Positions 50,186-61,251 of a stretch of 64,000 nucleotides of DNA are shown here, piece after piece. Within the stretch, counting starts at the first letter, position 1. The number at the start of each line of letters is the position of its first letter. Source of the DNA: Paragordius varius (Eukaryota; Animalia; Nematomorpha); assembly GCA_964247055.1 (NCBI GenBank), contig OZ176055.1, positions 2,232,001 to 2,296,000 of the forward strand, in the 5' to 3' direction. A program made the translations under genes and the position numbers. The notes under the pieces are model-generated. The model searched no databases. It was not told where the DNA came from and was given only the letters and a program-made list of their open reading frames with translations.

Positions 50186-52014
50186 GTTTTGTAAAAAATA
50201 TACGCAGCTTCCGCTTTGGTGCATTATCAAAAAAAATTATATAAGGCATTATTTTTTGAAGGCAATATGGGTACTTAGAGTCAATATATGAATCTTTTAC
50301 CGCATATTAATGAATTTTTATGTTTCAAATTTGACACCAAAGGGCGATTTTTTAGCTTATATTTATAAAAAATCTTTCTAGGGGCCTAAAAAATGTAAAT
50401 CTTTGATAATATTTTGAGTTTAAAAATATCCCAATTCTATAAACTAATACTATTAGACGTCTTCATCCATTATATTTAATTTTTATGCGATAAAAATGCG
50501 ATTTTTTGATTTTGGCTAACAAAAAAATTTAAATAACTTTAAATATTCATTACCCTGAAGCTTTTAGCTATTGAATAATATATTGCACCGTGTTATATGC
50601 TAACTAAAGGTATGAAAAAATAATTTTAGTTTTATTCATATCAATGTTCAGCAAATACAATAATCTCTGTGTTTTAAATGCCATTTAACAATAAAAAACT
50701 AGGGGGTATTTTTACTTATATATTATATTATATATTTATTTCATTTTACATAATATGAAAACATATTGGGGTAAATGGAAGCCATATTGTAAAAAATAAT
50801 AAAATTAAATAGATTTTTTTTACCAAAATATATATTAGAATTATTCTTATTTATACCCAACTAAATGCAATACTTATTTAAAAAGCCGCATGAAAACAAT
50901 TTAATTTATTAAACATCTCTTTCACATACTTTTACGGGAATAAAAGAATTTATATTCTTCCATTATATAAATAGTTTTGGGTTCCGCATCTGTTTTAACG
51001 CTTTTAAATAGGTAAGGCCATAACATATCTATTTGTAGATAGATTTATAATTTTTACCTTTGGAAGCATTAATACTTTTGTTGAATTTATTGAAAATTGG
51101 AAAAACATAAGCAGTGCATGAATCCAAACAGGAGTTATTTGTTACGTTGAAGTAGAAAGGCGCATCAAGAAACTGCATACATATAAACATTAATGGTTTT
51201 ATCGGTCTTTTAATTTGTTATAATATATAAATAAGTGAATTGATTTTGATAATCAATAAATGTCTATATCAGAAGTGTTCAATACGCAGCCCTCCGATAC
51301 TTTATGTGCGGCCAAAAATAATATAACAAAATATGAGCAAAATTTATATTTATTAAAAAAAAATTCTAAATATATCTATCCGTTTGGCAAGATCTAGAAA
51401 AAATTGAAATATTACGTTGGTATTTTGCATTCTTATATTTAAAATATATTATTTATAAATGCCCAGATTTTTATCAAATTAGCCTGCGTTGGCAACCCCT
51501 GGTCTAAATGATTGTACGGAAAAATGAGAATTAAATATATCATTAAATAGCTAAAAGCTTAAGGATAATGAATAACGTTATGATAGCGGTTTATAGATAT
51601 AAAAAATATATTGATTTTTCTTATATTGGAATGGCATTTCTGTACTACATATGGTCAAATAAACTTCAATACAATAGAGAAAAACCGATTCATAAGGATA
51701 ATAAACGCAACGAAAACTTAAATATCACAGGGTCGTTGAAGGGAAAAAAATCGCTCTTTGGAGTCAAATTTTAAAATGTCATTTGCTATTTATTTGTAGA
51801 GATTTCTCCCACAAAGTTTATCCAATATACGCGGTATAAAATGATTCAATGTTTAGTGGAAAGGCTTAATAAAAAAAAGAATTTTGATTATTTGTACGGA
51901 AGCGGAAGTAGCGTATAATATTTATAACCTAAAAGATATATAACAAATATTTCTATGCAATTCGATGAAAGAATTAATCTATCGCTTCAGTTTACTAATT
52001 TTGGAATTTTTCAT
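34654..52014 (-). CDS. Putative secreted glycoprotein with a microexon-encoded acidic C-terminal tail (micro-exon gene-like); unknown family
   Basis: Predicted exons: 52014-51996 (uncertain), 51716-51673, 51639-51577, 51172-51058, 51028-50930, 49358-49275, 49214-49140, 46011-45955 (weak donor), 45834-45769, 45704-45654, 45534-45487, 45449-45444, 45376-45368, 44998-44987, 44780-44763, 44591-44562, 44512-44507, 42146-42126, 42007-41948, 41445-41437, 41405-41379, 40846-40832, 40430-40416, 39876-39841, 38419-38408, 38375-38361, 38274-38260, 37301-37284, 37020-37006, 36577-36554, 34805-34792, 34716-34654. All are AG/GT bounded and join into one open frame: MKNSKIIFVAFIILMNRFFSIKC-HSN...FNVTNNSCLDSC...VPPTRTKR-EIDSAPSL...SLEEAAETTGEEDENIPGAIDDAWMNVKEEFEIEEIGGAINIQGDHYYNVIQGIAEGEGGAIEEELADAEESILDAYRELNYLSSDMSKTNI*. 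Confidence 0.68.
35548..36118. mobile_element. TATA|CCATTT-clade MITE family C, copy 1
   Basis: TATA|CCATTTGCACTTC...GTGAATGG|TATA, with degenerate 21-bp units (AACACTTCAAGTTGGTTCCTG-like) in the arms. Confidence 0.8.
36635..36895. mobile_element. Family F MITE containing a nested mini family A element
   Basis: (T)AGTATGCATTTTAATGGTTGC at the left and GCAACCATTAAATTGCATATTG|TA at the right. Confidence 0.75.
36725..36834 (-). mobile_element. 110-bp internal-deletion derivative of family A
   Basis: TTAA|CACTTGGATACAAC...CAAAGTG|TTAA; both family A ends are joined directly. Confidence 0.82.
37935..38167. mobile_element. Palindromic MITE with a canonical piggyBac-type right end
   Basis: Arms AGTCATGTATCCTTTATTT / AAATAAAGGATACATGACT; the whole element folds back. 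Right end AAAAGGG|TTAA; left terminus eroded. Confidence 0.6.
38434..38511. repeat. (TA)n microsatellite
   Basis: Direct observation; abuts the left end of element B1. Confidence 0.95.
38512..39754. mobile_element. Foldback family B copy 1 (TATA|CCATTT clade)
   Basis: CCATTTCCCAGTC...GACTGGGAAATGG. Inverted arms with 21-bp units (CCCAGTCAATCGAAACATTTT). The spacer carries a hAT-type end CAAGGGTGTCCAAC at about 39022. Confidence 0.88.
42836..44024. mobile_element. Foldback family H (about 1.19 kb, almost entirely palindromic; Tc1/mariner-like ends)
   Basis: CACTGTGGGCAAAAA...TTTTTGCACACAGTG|TA. The arms mirror each other up to a centre near 43410. Confidence 0.82.
44184..44441. mobile_element. 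hAT (Charlie-like) MITE
   Basis: CAGAGGTGTCCAAC...GTTGGACACCCCTA with a subterminal GCGGCCC. The TSD is not preserved. Confidence 0.65.
46237..48929 (+). mobile_element. Nearly full-length hAT transposon (Charlie/SPIN/GTF2IRD2-like), 2693 bp
   Basis: Perfect 13-bp TIR CAGGGGTGGCCAA. Perfect 8-bp TSD ATATACAG (46229-46236 and 48930-48937). Subterminal GTGACCGC repeats. Confidence 0.96.
46615..48388 (+). pseudogene. hAT transposase with two frameshifts
   Basis: BED-type finger CLIC...ERHYRSLH; LDES (D), TDGAPAM (D), HCIIH (CxxH), VRWLS and TYLCES (E). The frame changes near 47010, where a deletion precedes MTAIKSISLSRNT in another frame, and again in the T-run at 47104-47111. Confidence 0.9.
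48935..49098. mobile_element. Family F MITE whose left end was the hAT target site
   Basis: TA|CAGTATGCAT...GCAACCATTAAAATACTG|TA. Its first bases form part of the hAT TSD. Confidence 0.8.
49480..50600. mobile_element. Degenerate foldback element of about 1.1 kb
   Basis: Mirror segments such as GCACCAAAGCGGAAGCTGC / GCAGCTTCCGCTTTGGTGC and CATACAATTCGAT / ATCGAATTGTATG. Centre near 50040; ends not resolved. Confidence 0.65.
51270..51501. mobile_element. hAT (Charlie-like) MITE
   Basis: CAGAAGTGTTCAA...TTGGCAACCCCTG. TSD GTCTATAT / GTCTAAAT (7/8), close to the Charlie NTCTAGAN target preference. Confidence 0.75.
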
Positions 52015-53313
52015 ATCCAAATGCCTAAATCAATAGCAAAAATGGCATTACAATAACAGCTTTTGGGTTTTAGTACTGCACAAATTATAAAACTGATTAT
52101 ATAGATCTTTTCTAAGTCAATTTTGTATAGAAAGTAATTATATATAAATATATATATATACCATTTCCCAGTCTAAATAAACGTTTTCCCAGTCAATCGA
52201 AATGTTTTCCCAGTCAATCGAAATGTTTTCCCAGTCAATAAAAACATTTTCCCAATCAATAAAAACGTTTTCCCAATCAATCGAAACGTTTTCCCAGTCA
52301 ATCGAAACATTTTCCCAGTCTATCAAAACGTTTTCCCAATCAATCGAAAGGTTTTCCCAGTCAATAAAAACGGTTTTATTTTTGATGATAAATAGCAAAA
52401 CAAGAATATAAAAATAACTTTTAACCATTATTAGCGTAATATATGGAGATAATTTTTAATTTAAAATACAATTATTGAAGGACAATATTTCCAAGTATAT
52501 TCCAGTGCACAATTATTAATAAATTATTCTTTAAATGTTATATTTTTGGAATTTGACTTAAGATAATATTTTTTATTTTATCGATGGTTCGCATTAATAT
52601 TTGTGGCTAACTTAAAAAATCTATAGTTACGAAGGAATTAAATATACCATTTTTATCACAAAGGTCATATAACAGTTTATATTGGATCTTAAACATAAAT
52701 TCTACCCTTTTATAATATTTAACATTTGGTTGGGGCCTAAGGCGGCCTTCCGAGTAACTTTTGCGGCCAGCAAAAAATTTGGAAATCCATATGCAAAAAT
52801 ATGCCCACAAAATCTTAGTAATAATCATATTTGTTACGCAATTATTATGAATGAGTCTATTAAATTGGTAATGAATTAAAAAAAATTGTTATATTGTGTT
52901 TGTATTTTACAGTCTTATAAAATTATGTGAATGCCTGTATATATTTCGAATGGGCAACCGTGTACTTTTTGAGTTAAAAATGCAGCCCGCGAAGGCATTT
53001 AGTTGGACACCTTGATTTAGTAAAATATCCTTTTTATTAAATATTTTTAAATCATAAACATTTTTATCAAAAAAAATTTTCGTTAAGATATTTTTTCCGA
53101 CAGTATTTTTATCTACAAACCGGACATATTTAAAAACTATTGTGAGGCCTTCCGCAAATATTAATGCGAACCATCGATAGAATAAAAATATTATCTAAAA
53201 ACATCTCAAATTCCAAAAATATATACTTTTAAAGAATAAGTCATTAATGATTGTGCACTGAAATATACTTGGAAAAATTGTCATTCAATAATTGTGTTTA
53301 AATAAAAAATATA

Positions 53314-55368
53314 CCATTTCCCAGTCTAAATAAACATTTTCCCAGTCAATCGAAACATTTTCCCAGTCAATCGAAACGTTTTCCCAGTCAATCGAAACAT
53401 TTTCCCAGTCAATCGAAACATTTTCCCAGTCAATCGAAACGTTTTCCCAATCAATCGAAACATTTTCCCAGTCAATCGAAACGTTTTCCCAATCAATCGA
53501 AACATTTTCTCAGTCAATAAAAACATTTTCCCAATCAATAAAAACGTTTTCCCAATCAATAAAAACGGTTTTATTTTTGATGGTAAATATTAAAACAAGA
53601 TATAAAAATAACTTTTAACCATTATTAGCGTAATATATGGATTTTATTTTTTATAAAAACACAATATTGAATGACAATTTTTCCATATATATTCTAGTGC
53701 ACAATCATTAATAATTTATTCTTTAAAAATTATATTTTTGGAATTTGAGATGTTTTTGAGATAATATTTTTTATTTTATTGATGGTTCGCAATAATAATT
53801 GCCGAACGCTTTAAAACAGTTTTTAAACATGTCAAATTTTTCCATAAAAATACTGTCGGAAAAATATCTAAATTTAAAAATATTTAATAAAATTTGACTA
53901 AAACAGGGGTGTCTAACCAAATGGCTTCGCGGGCCGCATTACTTGAAAAGCACGGCGTTCCGCATTCGATATATTTTATAAATAATTTTTCGATTAGACA
54001 TAAGACTGTAAAATACAAAAATATAACAATTTTTTTTAATTTGTTACCAATTTAATAGACTCATTTAATTGAGTAAGAAATATAAATATTACTAAGATTT
54101 TGTGGGCATATTTTTGCATATGGATTTCTAAATTTTTAGCGGGCCGCACAAAGATACTCGGCAAGCCGCGTTGGGGACCCGATGAACCAAATGATAAAAT
54201 TAAAGTAAAATTTATGTTTAAGATTCAATATGAAGTGTTAACCTTTGAGATAAAATTGATATATTATTTTTATTTTTAATATTTCATCCGTAACTATAGA
54301 TTTTATAAAGCCGCAAATAATGCGAACCATCAATAAAATAAAAAATATTATCTTAACACTTCGATTCAAATTGGGGTATCTAAATACCCCAGACTAAATT
54401 TAAATTAAAATTTTTAAAAAACTACTGAAGGAAACGGTCCCAATTTATTATGCTTCTATCCTGATAAATATTATATAAATATGCCAAAATATCTTGATAA
54501 AATTTTGTTTTGAAAAAAAAGTTCCATCTCAAACTACTTCGACGCCATTTTTATTTTACAAAATTTTTGCAAAATATCGTCTTCATTTAATTTAAAGGGT
54601 AAAACTAAAGCTAATTTTTTATATAAATTACATCTAACATTGATAGAAATAGAAAAAGCGGTTTATTTTGTATTATTTTTTAATTTTACAATTTGACTCA
54701 TGTCACGTTGACGAAATCACCTTTCAGTTTTAGCTTAAAATAAGTATCAAGTATTTTTTTAAAAAAAATTCATATATTTCGGTTTATTAATGTTATATAA
54801 GTGCAAAATTTTGCCATGACTTCAATTCCATCCATACTTTTTTAAGTATTTGATTTTAAACAGGCCTGGGGTATCCAACTACCACAATTTGAATTGGAGG
54901 ACTAAAATGAGTATGTTGTACAAGTAAAACATCTCAAATTCCAAAAATATAATTTTTAAAGAATAAATTATTAATGATTGTGCACTAGAATATATATGGA
55001 AAAATTGTCATTCAATATTGTGTTTTTGTAAAAAATAAAATCCATATATTACGCTGATGATGGGTAAAAGTTGTTTTATATTCTTGTTTTGATATTTATC
55101 ATCAAAAATAAAACCGTTTTTATTGATTGGGAAAACGTTTTTATTGACTGGGAAAATGTTTTGATTGACTGAGAAAATGTTTCGATTGATTGGGAAAACG
55201 TTTCGATTGACTGGGAAAATGTTTCGATTGATTGGGAAAACGTTTCGATTGACTGGGAAAACGTTTCGATTGACTGGGAAAACGTTTCGATTGACTGGGA
55301 AAACGTTTCGATTGACTGGGAAAATGTTTCGATTGACTGGGAAAATGTTTATTTAGACTGGGAAATGG
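53314..55368. mobile_element. Foldback family B copy 3, nested in B2 and carrying a family A insertion
   Basis: TATA|CC...GG|TATA with long 21-bp arrays in both arms. Confidence 0.88.
54357..54925 (+). mobile_element. Family A copy inserted at a TTAA inside B3
   Basis: TTAA|CACTTCGATTCAAATTGGGG at 54357. The B sequence resumes after about 54925. The right end is degenerate. Confidence 0.85.
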
Positions 55369-55604
55369 TATAATATCCTACTATTAGCTGATAATGGTTC
55401 AAAGTTGTTTTTATATTCTTGTTTTGATATTTTATCATCAAAAATAAAACCGTTTTTATTGACTGGGAAAACGTTTTTATTGATTGGGAAAACGTTTTGA
55501 TTGACGGGAAAATGTTTCGATTGACTGGGAAAACGTTTCGATTGATTGGGAAAATGTTTCGATTGACTGGGAAAACGTTTATTTAGAATGGGAAATGGTA
55601 TATA

Positions 55605-56194
55605 CCATTTGCACTTCAAGAGTGTCCTTAAACAATTCAAGTTGGTCCTTGAACAATTCAAGTTGGTCCTTGAACAGTTCAAGTTGGTCCTTAAAATTTA
55701 TAAATTTTGATTTAACCATAATTTTTGCATTTATTTTTTTATTTTATTATTTATTAACCTAATTTTCTTTATTTATTATATATTTAATAATTTTTCTTAT
55801 TGAAAAACCACTTTTTTGTTTAAAACTATTTTTTTTCAATTTAACAAAATTATTGACTTTTAAATGTTTTTAATGAAAAATTTTAATTAATAACCCAGAA
55901 AACTTATATATTTTTTCATTTCGTGTTGAAATCTTAGAAATATCTAGATTTATTTTAAGAAATTAATAAAGATATACGGTTTTTCAAAGATTAAAAGTTG
56001 ATATCGATTTAAAATTTATGAATAATAGAAAATAGCTTAAAAACAATAAAATAGACGAATTATTTTCGATTTGATTGATAAAAGTAAAATCAAAACAAAA
56101 AAGTTAACGGACCAACCTGAATTGTTCAAGGACCAACTTGAATTGTTCAAGGACCAACTTGAATTGTTCAAGGACACTCTTGAAGTGCAAATGG
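55605..56194. mobile_element. TATA|CCATTT-clade MITE family C, copy 2
   Basis: TATA|CCATTTGCACTTCAAGAGTGTCC...GGACACTCTTGAAGTGCAAATGG|TATA, with about three 21-bp units AACAATTCAAGTTGGTCCTTG per arm. It abuts B2 across TATATA. Confidence 0.88.
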
Positions 56195-56585
56195 TATACT
56201 TGGTTTTTTAACAAAATTTTGTGAAAGCGTACTTCCTACTATTTCGAGTCATATGGAAACGCTTTTAGATATAAAACCCTTTTTCTATATGATTTGATGA
56301 TGTTAAACACTTTCATCACCTCAAAATTTTATGAAGGTTCGTTGATTTTAAAATTTGTTGAATTCTTATATAAAAACACAATTCGAATTGACATAAATTT
56401 TATAAGAAACAATTACCTTAATCGAAATTCTGAAGTGATAGAAATGTTCAGCATCATCAAATTAATAGAAAAAGTGTTTAATATATATATTATATTGGGA
56501 CCGTTTCCTTCAGTAGTTTTCAAAAAATATTAAATTAAATTTAGTGGGTATTTAGATACCCCAATTTGAATCAAGTGTTAATATA

Positions 56586-58108
56586 CCATTTCCCAGTCTA
56601 AATAAACGTTTTCCCAGTCAATCGAAACATTTTCCCAGTCAATAAAAACATTTTCCCAGTCAATCGAAACATTTTCCCAGTCAATCGAAACATTTTTCCA
56701 GTCAATTGAAACGTTTTCCCAGTCAATCGAAACATTTTCCCAGTCAATCGAAACGTTTTCCTAGTCAATCGAAACATTTTCCCAGTCAATAAAAACATTT
56801 TCCCAATCAATAAAAACTTTTTCCCAGTCAATAAAAAAGGTTTTATTTTTGATGATAAATATCAAAACAAGAATATAAAAACAACTTTTAACCATTATTA
56901 GCGTAATATTAGGATATAATTTTATATAAAATCACAATTATTGAGTGAAAATTTTTCCAAGTATATTCCAGTGGACAATAATTAATGACTTATTCTTTAA
57001 ATGTTATATTTTTGGAATTTGAGTTAAGATAATGTTTTTTATTTTATCTATGGTTCGCATTAATATATGCGGCTAACTTAAAAAATCTATAGTTACGGAG
57101 GAATTAATGAAATTTTTTAAAAATATACCATTTTTATCACAAAGGTCATTTAACACTTAATATTGGATCTTAAACATAAATTTGACGCTAATTTTATAAT
57201 ATTTAACATTTGGTTGGGGGCCTAAGGCGGCCTTCCGAGTATCTTTGTGCGGGCCGCAAAAAATTTGGAAAACCATATGCAAAAATATGCCCACAAAATC
57301 TAAGTAATATTCATATTTCTTACGCAATTATTATGAATGAATCTAATAAATTGGTAATGAATCAAAAAAAATTGTTATATTGTGTTTGTATTTTACAGTC
57401 TTATAAAATTATGTGAATGCCCGTATATATTTCGAATGAAGAACCGTGTGCATTTTGAGTTAAAATGCGGCCCGCGAAGGCATTTAGTTGGACACCCTTG
57501 CTTTAGTCAAATATCCTTTTTATTTATTTAAATCAAAAACATTTTTATCAAAAAAAATTTTCGTTAAGATATTTTTTCCGACAGTATTTTAATCGACAAA
57601 CCGGACATATTTAAAAACTATTGTGAAGCGTTCCGCAAATATTAATGCGAATATCAATAAAATAAAAAATATTATCTTAACTCAAATTCCAAAAATATAA
57701 CATTTAAAGAATAAGTCATTAATGATTGTGCACTGGAATATACTTGAAAAATTGTCATTCAATAATTGTGTTTTTATATAAAATTATATCCTAATATTAC
57801 GCTAATAATGGTTAAAAGTTGTTTTTATATTCTTGTTTTGATATTTATCATAAAAAATAAAACCGTTTTTATTGACTGGGAAAAAGTTTTTATTGATTGG
57901 GAAAATGTTTTTATTGACTGGGAAAATGTTTCGATTGACTGGGAAAACGTTTCGATTGACTGTTCGATTGACTGGGAAAACATTTCGATTGACTGGGAAA
58001 ACGTTTCGATTGATTGGGAAAATGTTTTGATTGACTGGGAAAATGTTTCGATTGACTGGGAAAATGTTTCGATTGACTGTGAAAACGTTTATTTAGACTG
58101 GGAAATGG
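56586..58108. mobile_element. Foldback family B copy 4
   Basis: TATA|CCATTTCCC...GGGAAATGG|TATA, 21-bp arrays, and the same spacer as B2. Confidence 0.9.
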
Positions 58109-58116
58109 TATATTAA

Positions 58117-58645
58117 CACTTGATTCAAATTGGGGTATCTAAATACCCACTAAATTTAATTTAATATTTTTTGAAAACTACTGAAGGAAACGGTCCCAAT
58201 ATAATATAATTCTATCCTAATATAAATTATATAAAAAAGACAAAATATATAATTTTGAAAAAAAAAATCCATGTCAAACTACTTTGACGCCATTTTTATT
58301 TAGATAATTACAAAATATCTTCTTTATTTAATTTTAATAAAATGGAAGCTAAATGTTTATCTTAATAACGGCTACTATGATAGAAATAGACAAAGTTGTT
58401 TAAGCCAATGCACAAATGTCTTATTGACTAATTTTTAACTTCAGGTTCCCTAAAATAAGTAAGATCAAGTTTTTATAAATAATTTTTTTATATATTTCGG
58501 TTTATTAATATTATATAAGTGCAAAATTTTGCCATGGTTTCGATTCCTTCCATATTTTTTTAAGTATTTAATGTTAAACCGGTCTGGAGTATCCAATTAC
58601 CCCAATTTGAATCGAAGGACTAAAATAAATGTGTTGTATCCATGG
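58117..58645 (+). mobile_element. Family A copy adjacent to B4
   Basis: TTAA|CACTTGATTCAAATTGGGG; colinear with the reference copy; right end degenerate. Confidence 0.8.
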
Positions 58646-58762
58646 TAAAAAATTCATACTATCTTACAGACAATCAATATTTTCCCTCAATTAAAAATAC
58701 ACTATAAATATATTTATAAATATGACATAAACATAATAACAGTGTGTTTAAATATCTTATAC

Positions 58763-61218
58763 CGTTTGATTCAAAATCGGTTTTGTTTTCTGTTGTGTTT
58801 TTTTATCGATCACAATGGCTAAATATTTAGTGGTGCTATTATGAAACTTTGGTGTTTCAAAATTAATTTTCCAACCTTGGTGTGTTAGGGTCGTTGTAAT
58901 ATCTGTCAGATGCAAACAAAAACAAATGTTGACTCTAATTAAACATTATATTGTCATATAGATGAGTTAATAGTAGAAATTATAAAGAGAATAATTCTTT
59001 GCTCCAACTTTAAAGTATTACTTTTTGGGTTTTATATCTTTGACGATTTAAAACTTGAAAAAATTTTTTGCCGCTAACTTCGTATGATTTTTTTAATAAT
59101 GAAATATATATTATGGTTAAACAATGTAAATAATAAATGCTCTCAGGGAACATATTATTAGCAGAAACCTGATATATTTTTATTATATATCAGCTTGTAT
59201 TTTGGAACTATACCAATTTGACGCTAGGAGTTTTAAAACTGTAAAAAGTATAAATTTTATAATTTATGAAAACGATGTTTGATAATTAAATTTTAACCAA
59301 AATATCTTTCAAAACTGTAGTTTATTTACAAAATTGAGTAGGGTATAAATCTACCCTATATCTAGGATAAAATCAGATAGATATGAAATCGTTAGCCAAT
59401 GTGCTCCTTGCTATAACGTGCAATCTAACTTAATATAAAATTAGCGTATAGCTCCATTAATTTTTTGATGTGTTTTAGTAGTAAAAGACGTTAATATTGC
59501 ACGATTGAAAAAATTACATTATTAATATTAAAAATAATAAAACTTTATTCCAAGATGCCATAAAATTTGGATACGCTTAAACTACATATTTTTGAGTTAG
59601 GGTTGTTATGCTACCAAAACATTAAAATGTTCAATGGGTTTTTAGTAAAAAGGTATAAAAAACACCAAATTTTGTTTTGTCAAATTTATTACAACAGTTA
59701 TGAAACCTATCGTTAAAATATTTCTGACCTGAGAAATTAAGCCAACATAAAAATAATACCAACCCTCCTATACTATTAGGAAATATACATAGATTGTAAC
59801 CCCTTTATAACAAATATATAATAGTAGCGTAAATCTCGTGCTGCTACGCAGCCCGAGGAAGTCTTTCGGACTTCTGGGGGGGTTTCGAAGTTTGGATTTG
59901 AATGGGTCTACCGGTTTTCCGGTACCAGATCACAAAGTTACATGAGGAATTAGTTTTTTAGCGGGTAGCTCCTTACCCAGCAGCTATCATTAAAGAAACG
60001 CCTGACTAAAATTTTTGCCTTTTAACAGGCAATACGAAAAATCCTTATCGAATTTTTAGAGTCTCATACCTTGGGCAAGAAAATAGAATCAAAAAATTAT
60101 TTTTGTGGACTTTGTTTTTTTTTGAAAAAAATGGTATTTTACGGGGGTAGCGGGTAAAAAGAGGGCCTAAATCAAAAAAGTGAGTCGACTATGTTCAGCG
60201 CGATCAAAAATAAGTAAACAAAAATTATATTTGAAATTGAATAGTCCAACACGTTCTCCAAAAAATTGACTTAACCCATTTTTAACACGGGGTAGGCCCG
60301 AACTGGGGACCTAATTCCAAAAAAGGGCGAAGCTATTGTCGGGACATTCATTAATGATTATATTTTTTCGATATTTGGATTTGATTGGGTTCACCGGTTT
60401 TCCGGAAACAGATCACAAAGTTACATGAAGAATCATTTTTTGCGGGTAGCTACTTACCCAGCAGCTATCATCAAAGAAACGCCTGACTAAATTTTTTGCC
60501 TTTTAACAGGGAATACGTGGAATTCATATTGAATTTTTTACGGTCTCATACCTAGGGCGAAAAATAGATTTAAAAAATTATTTTTGTGGACTTTGTTTTT
60601 TGAAAAAATGGCATTTTACGGGGAGAGCGGGTAAAAAGAGGGCCTAAATCAAAAAAGTGACTCGACTATGTTCGGCGCAATCGAAAATAAGTAAACAAAA
60701 ATCATATTTGAAATAGAATGGACCAACACGTTCTCCAGATTGTCTCAAAGACACGATTTTTGAATACCTCTGTTTTCAAAAAAAACCCGTTTTTCACACG
60801 TGGGCCCGAACTGGGGGCCTATTTCAAAAAAAGGGCGAAGCTATTGTCGGGGCATTCATTAATGATTATATTTTTTCAAAGTTTGGATTTTAATGGGTCT
60901 ACCGGTTTTCCTGTACCAGATCACAAAGCCAGCATTTTCCATTTTTATAAATATATAGATTAAATTATATTAAATTTCAATTAACATCAAATTCTATATA
61001 ATTAACAATATTGTACAAGTAATTTAAATAAAATGGATAAAAAGCTTATTTTTTGAGTTACTATAGAGCCTTCTCAACATGTATTAAGATGTATGATTTT
61101 AATTTTGGATAGGGCCTTATTTAAAAATAGTGGTAATCTACTCTATATGGCTAAACTTTACACACGAGGGAGGGCTAGTGTAAATGCAAAATGTTTTTGA
61201 TATTAATCAGCCATAGTA

Positions 61219-61251
<33 letters not shown>

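Larger units (their letters stand above)
52161..55598. mobile_element. Foldback family B copy 2, right arm split by copy 3
   Basis: TATA|CCATTTCCC at 52161. The right arm breaks at 53313, resumes at about 55371 and ends AAATGG|TATA at 55598. Confidence 0.85.

Noticed and set aside
52138-58116. ORFs with 7-aa repeats (TGKMFRL, IDWENVS, FSQSIET) and CRISPR-like appearance of the arrays
   Set aside because: They are translations of contiguous 21-bp tandem units inside family B arms, open in several frames and strands. There are no unique spacers or cas genes, and the DNA is eukaryotic.
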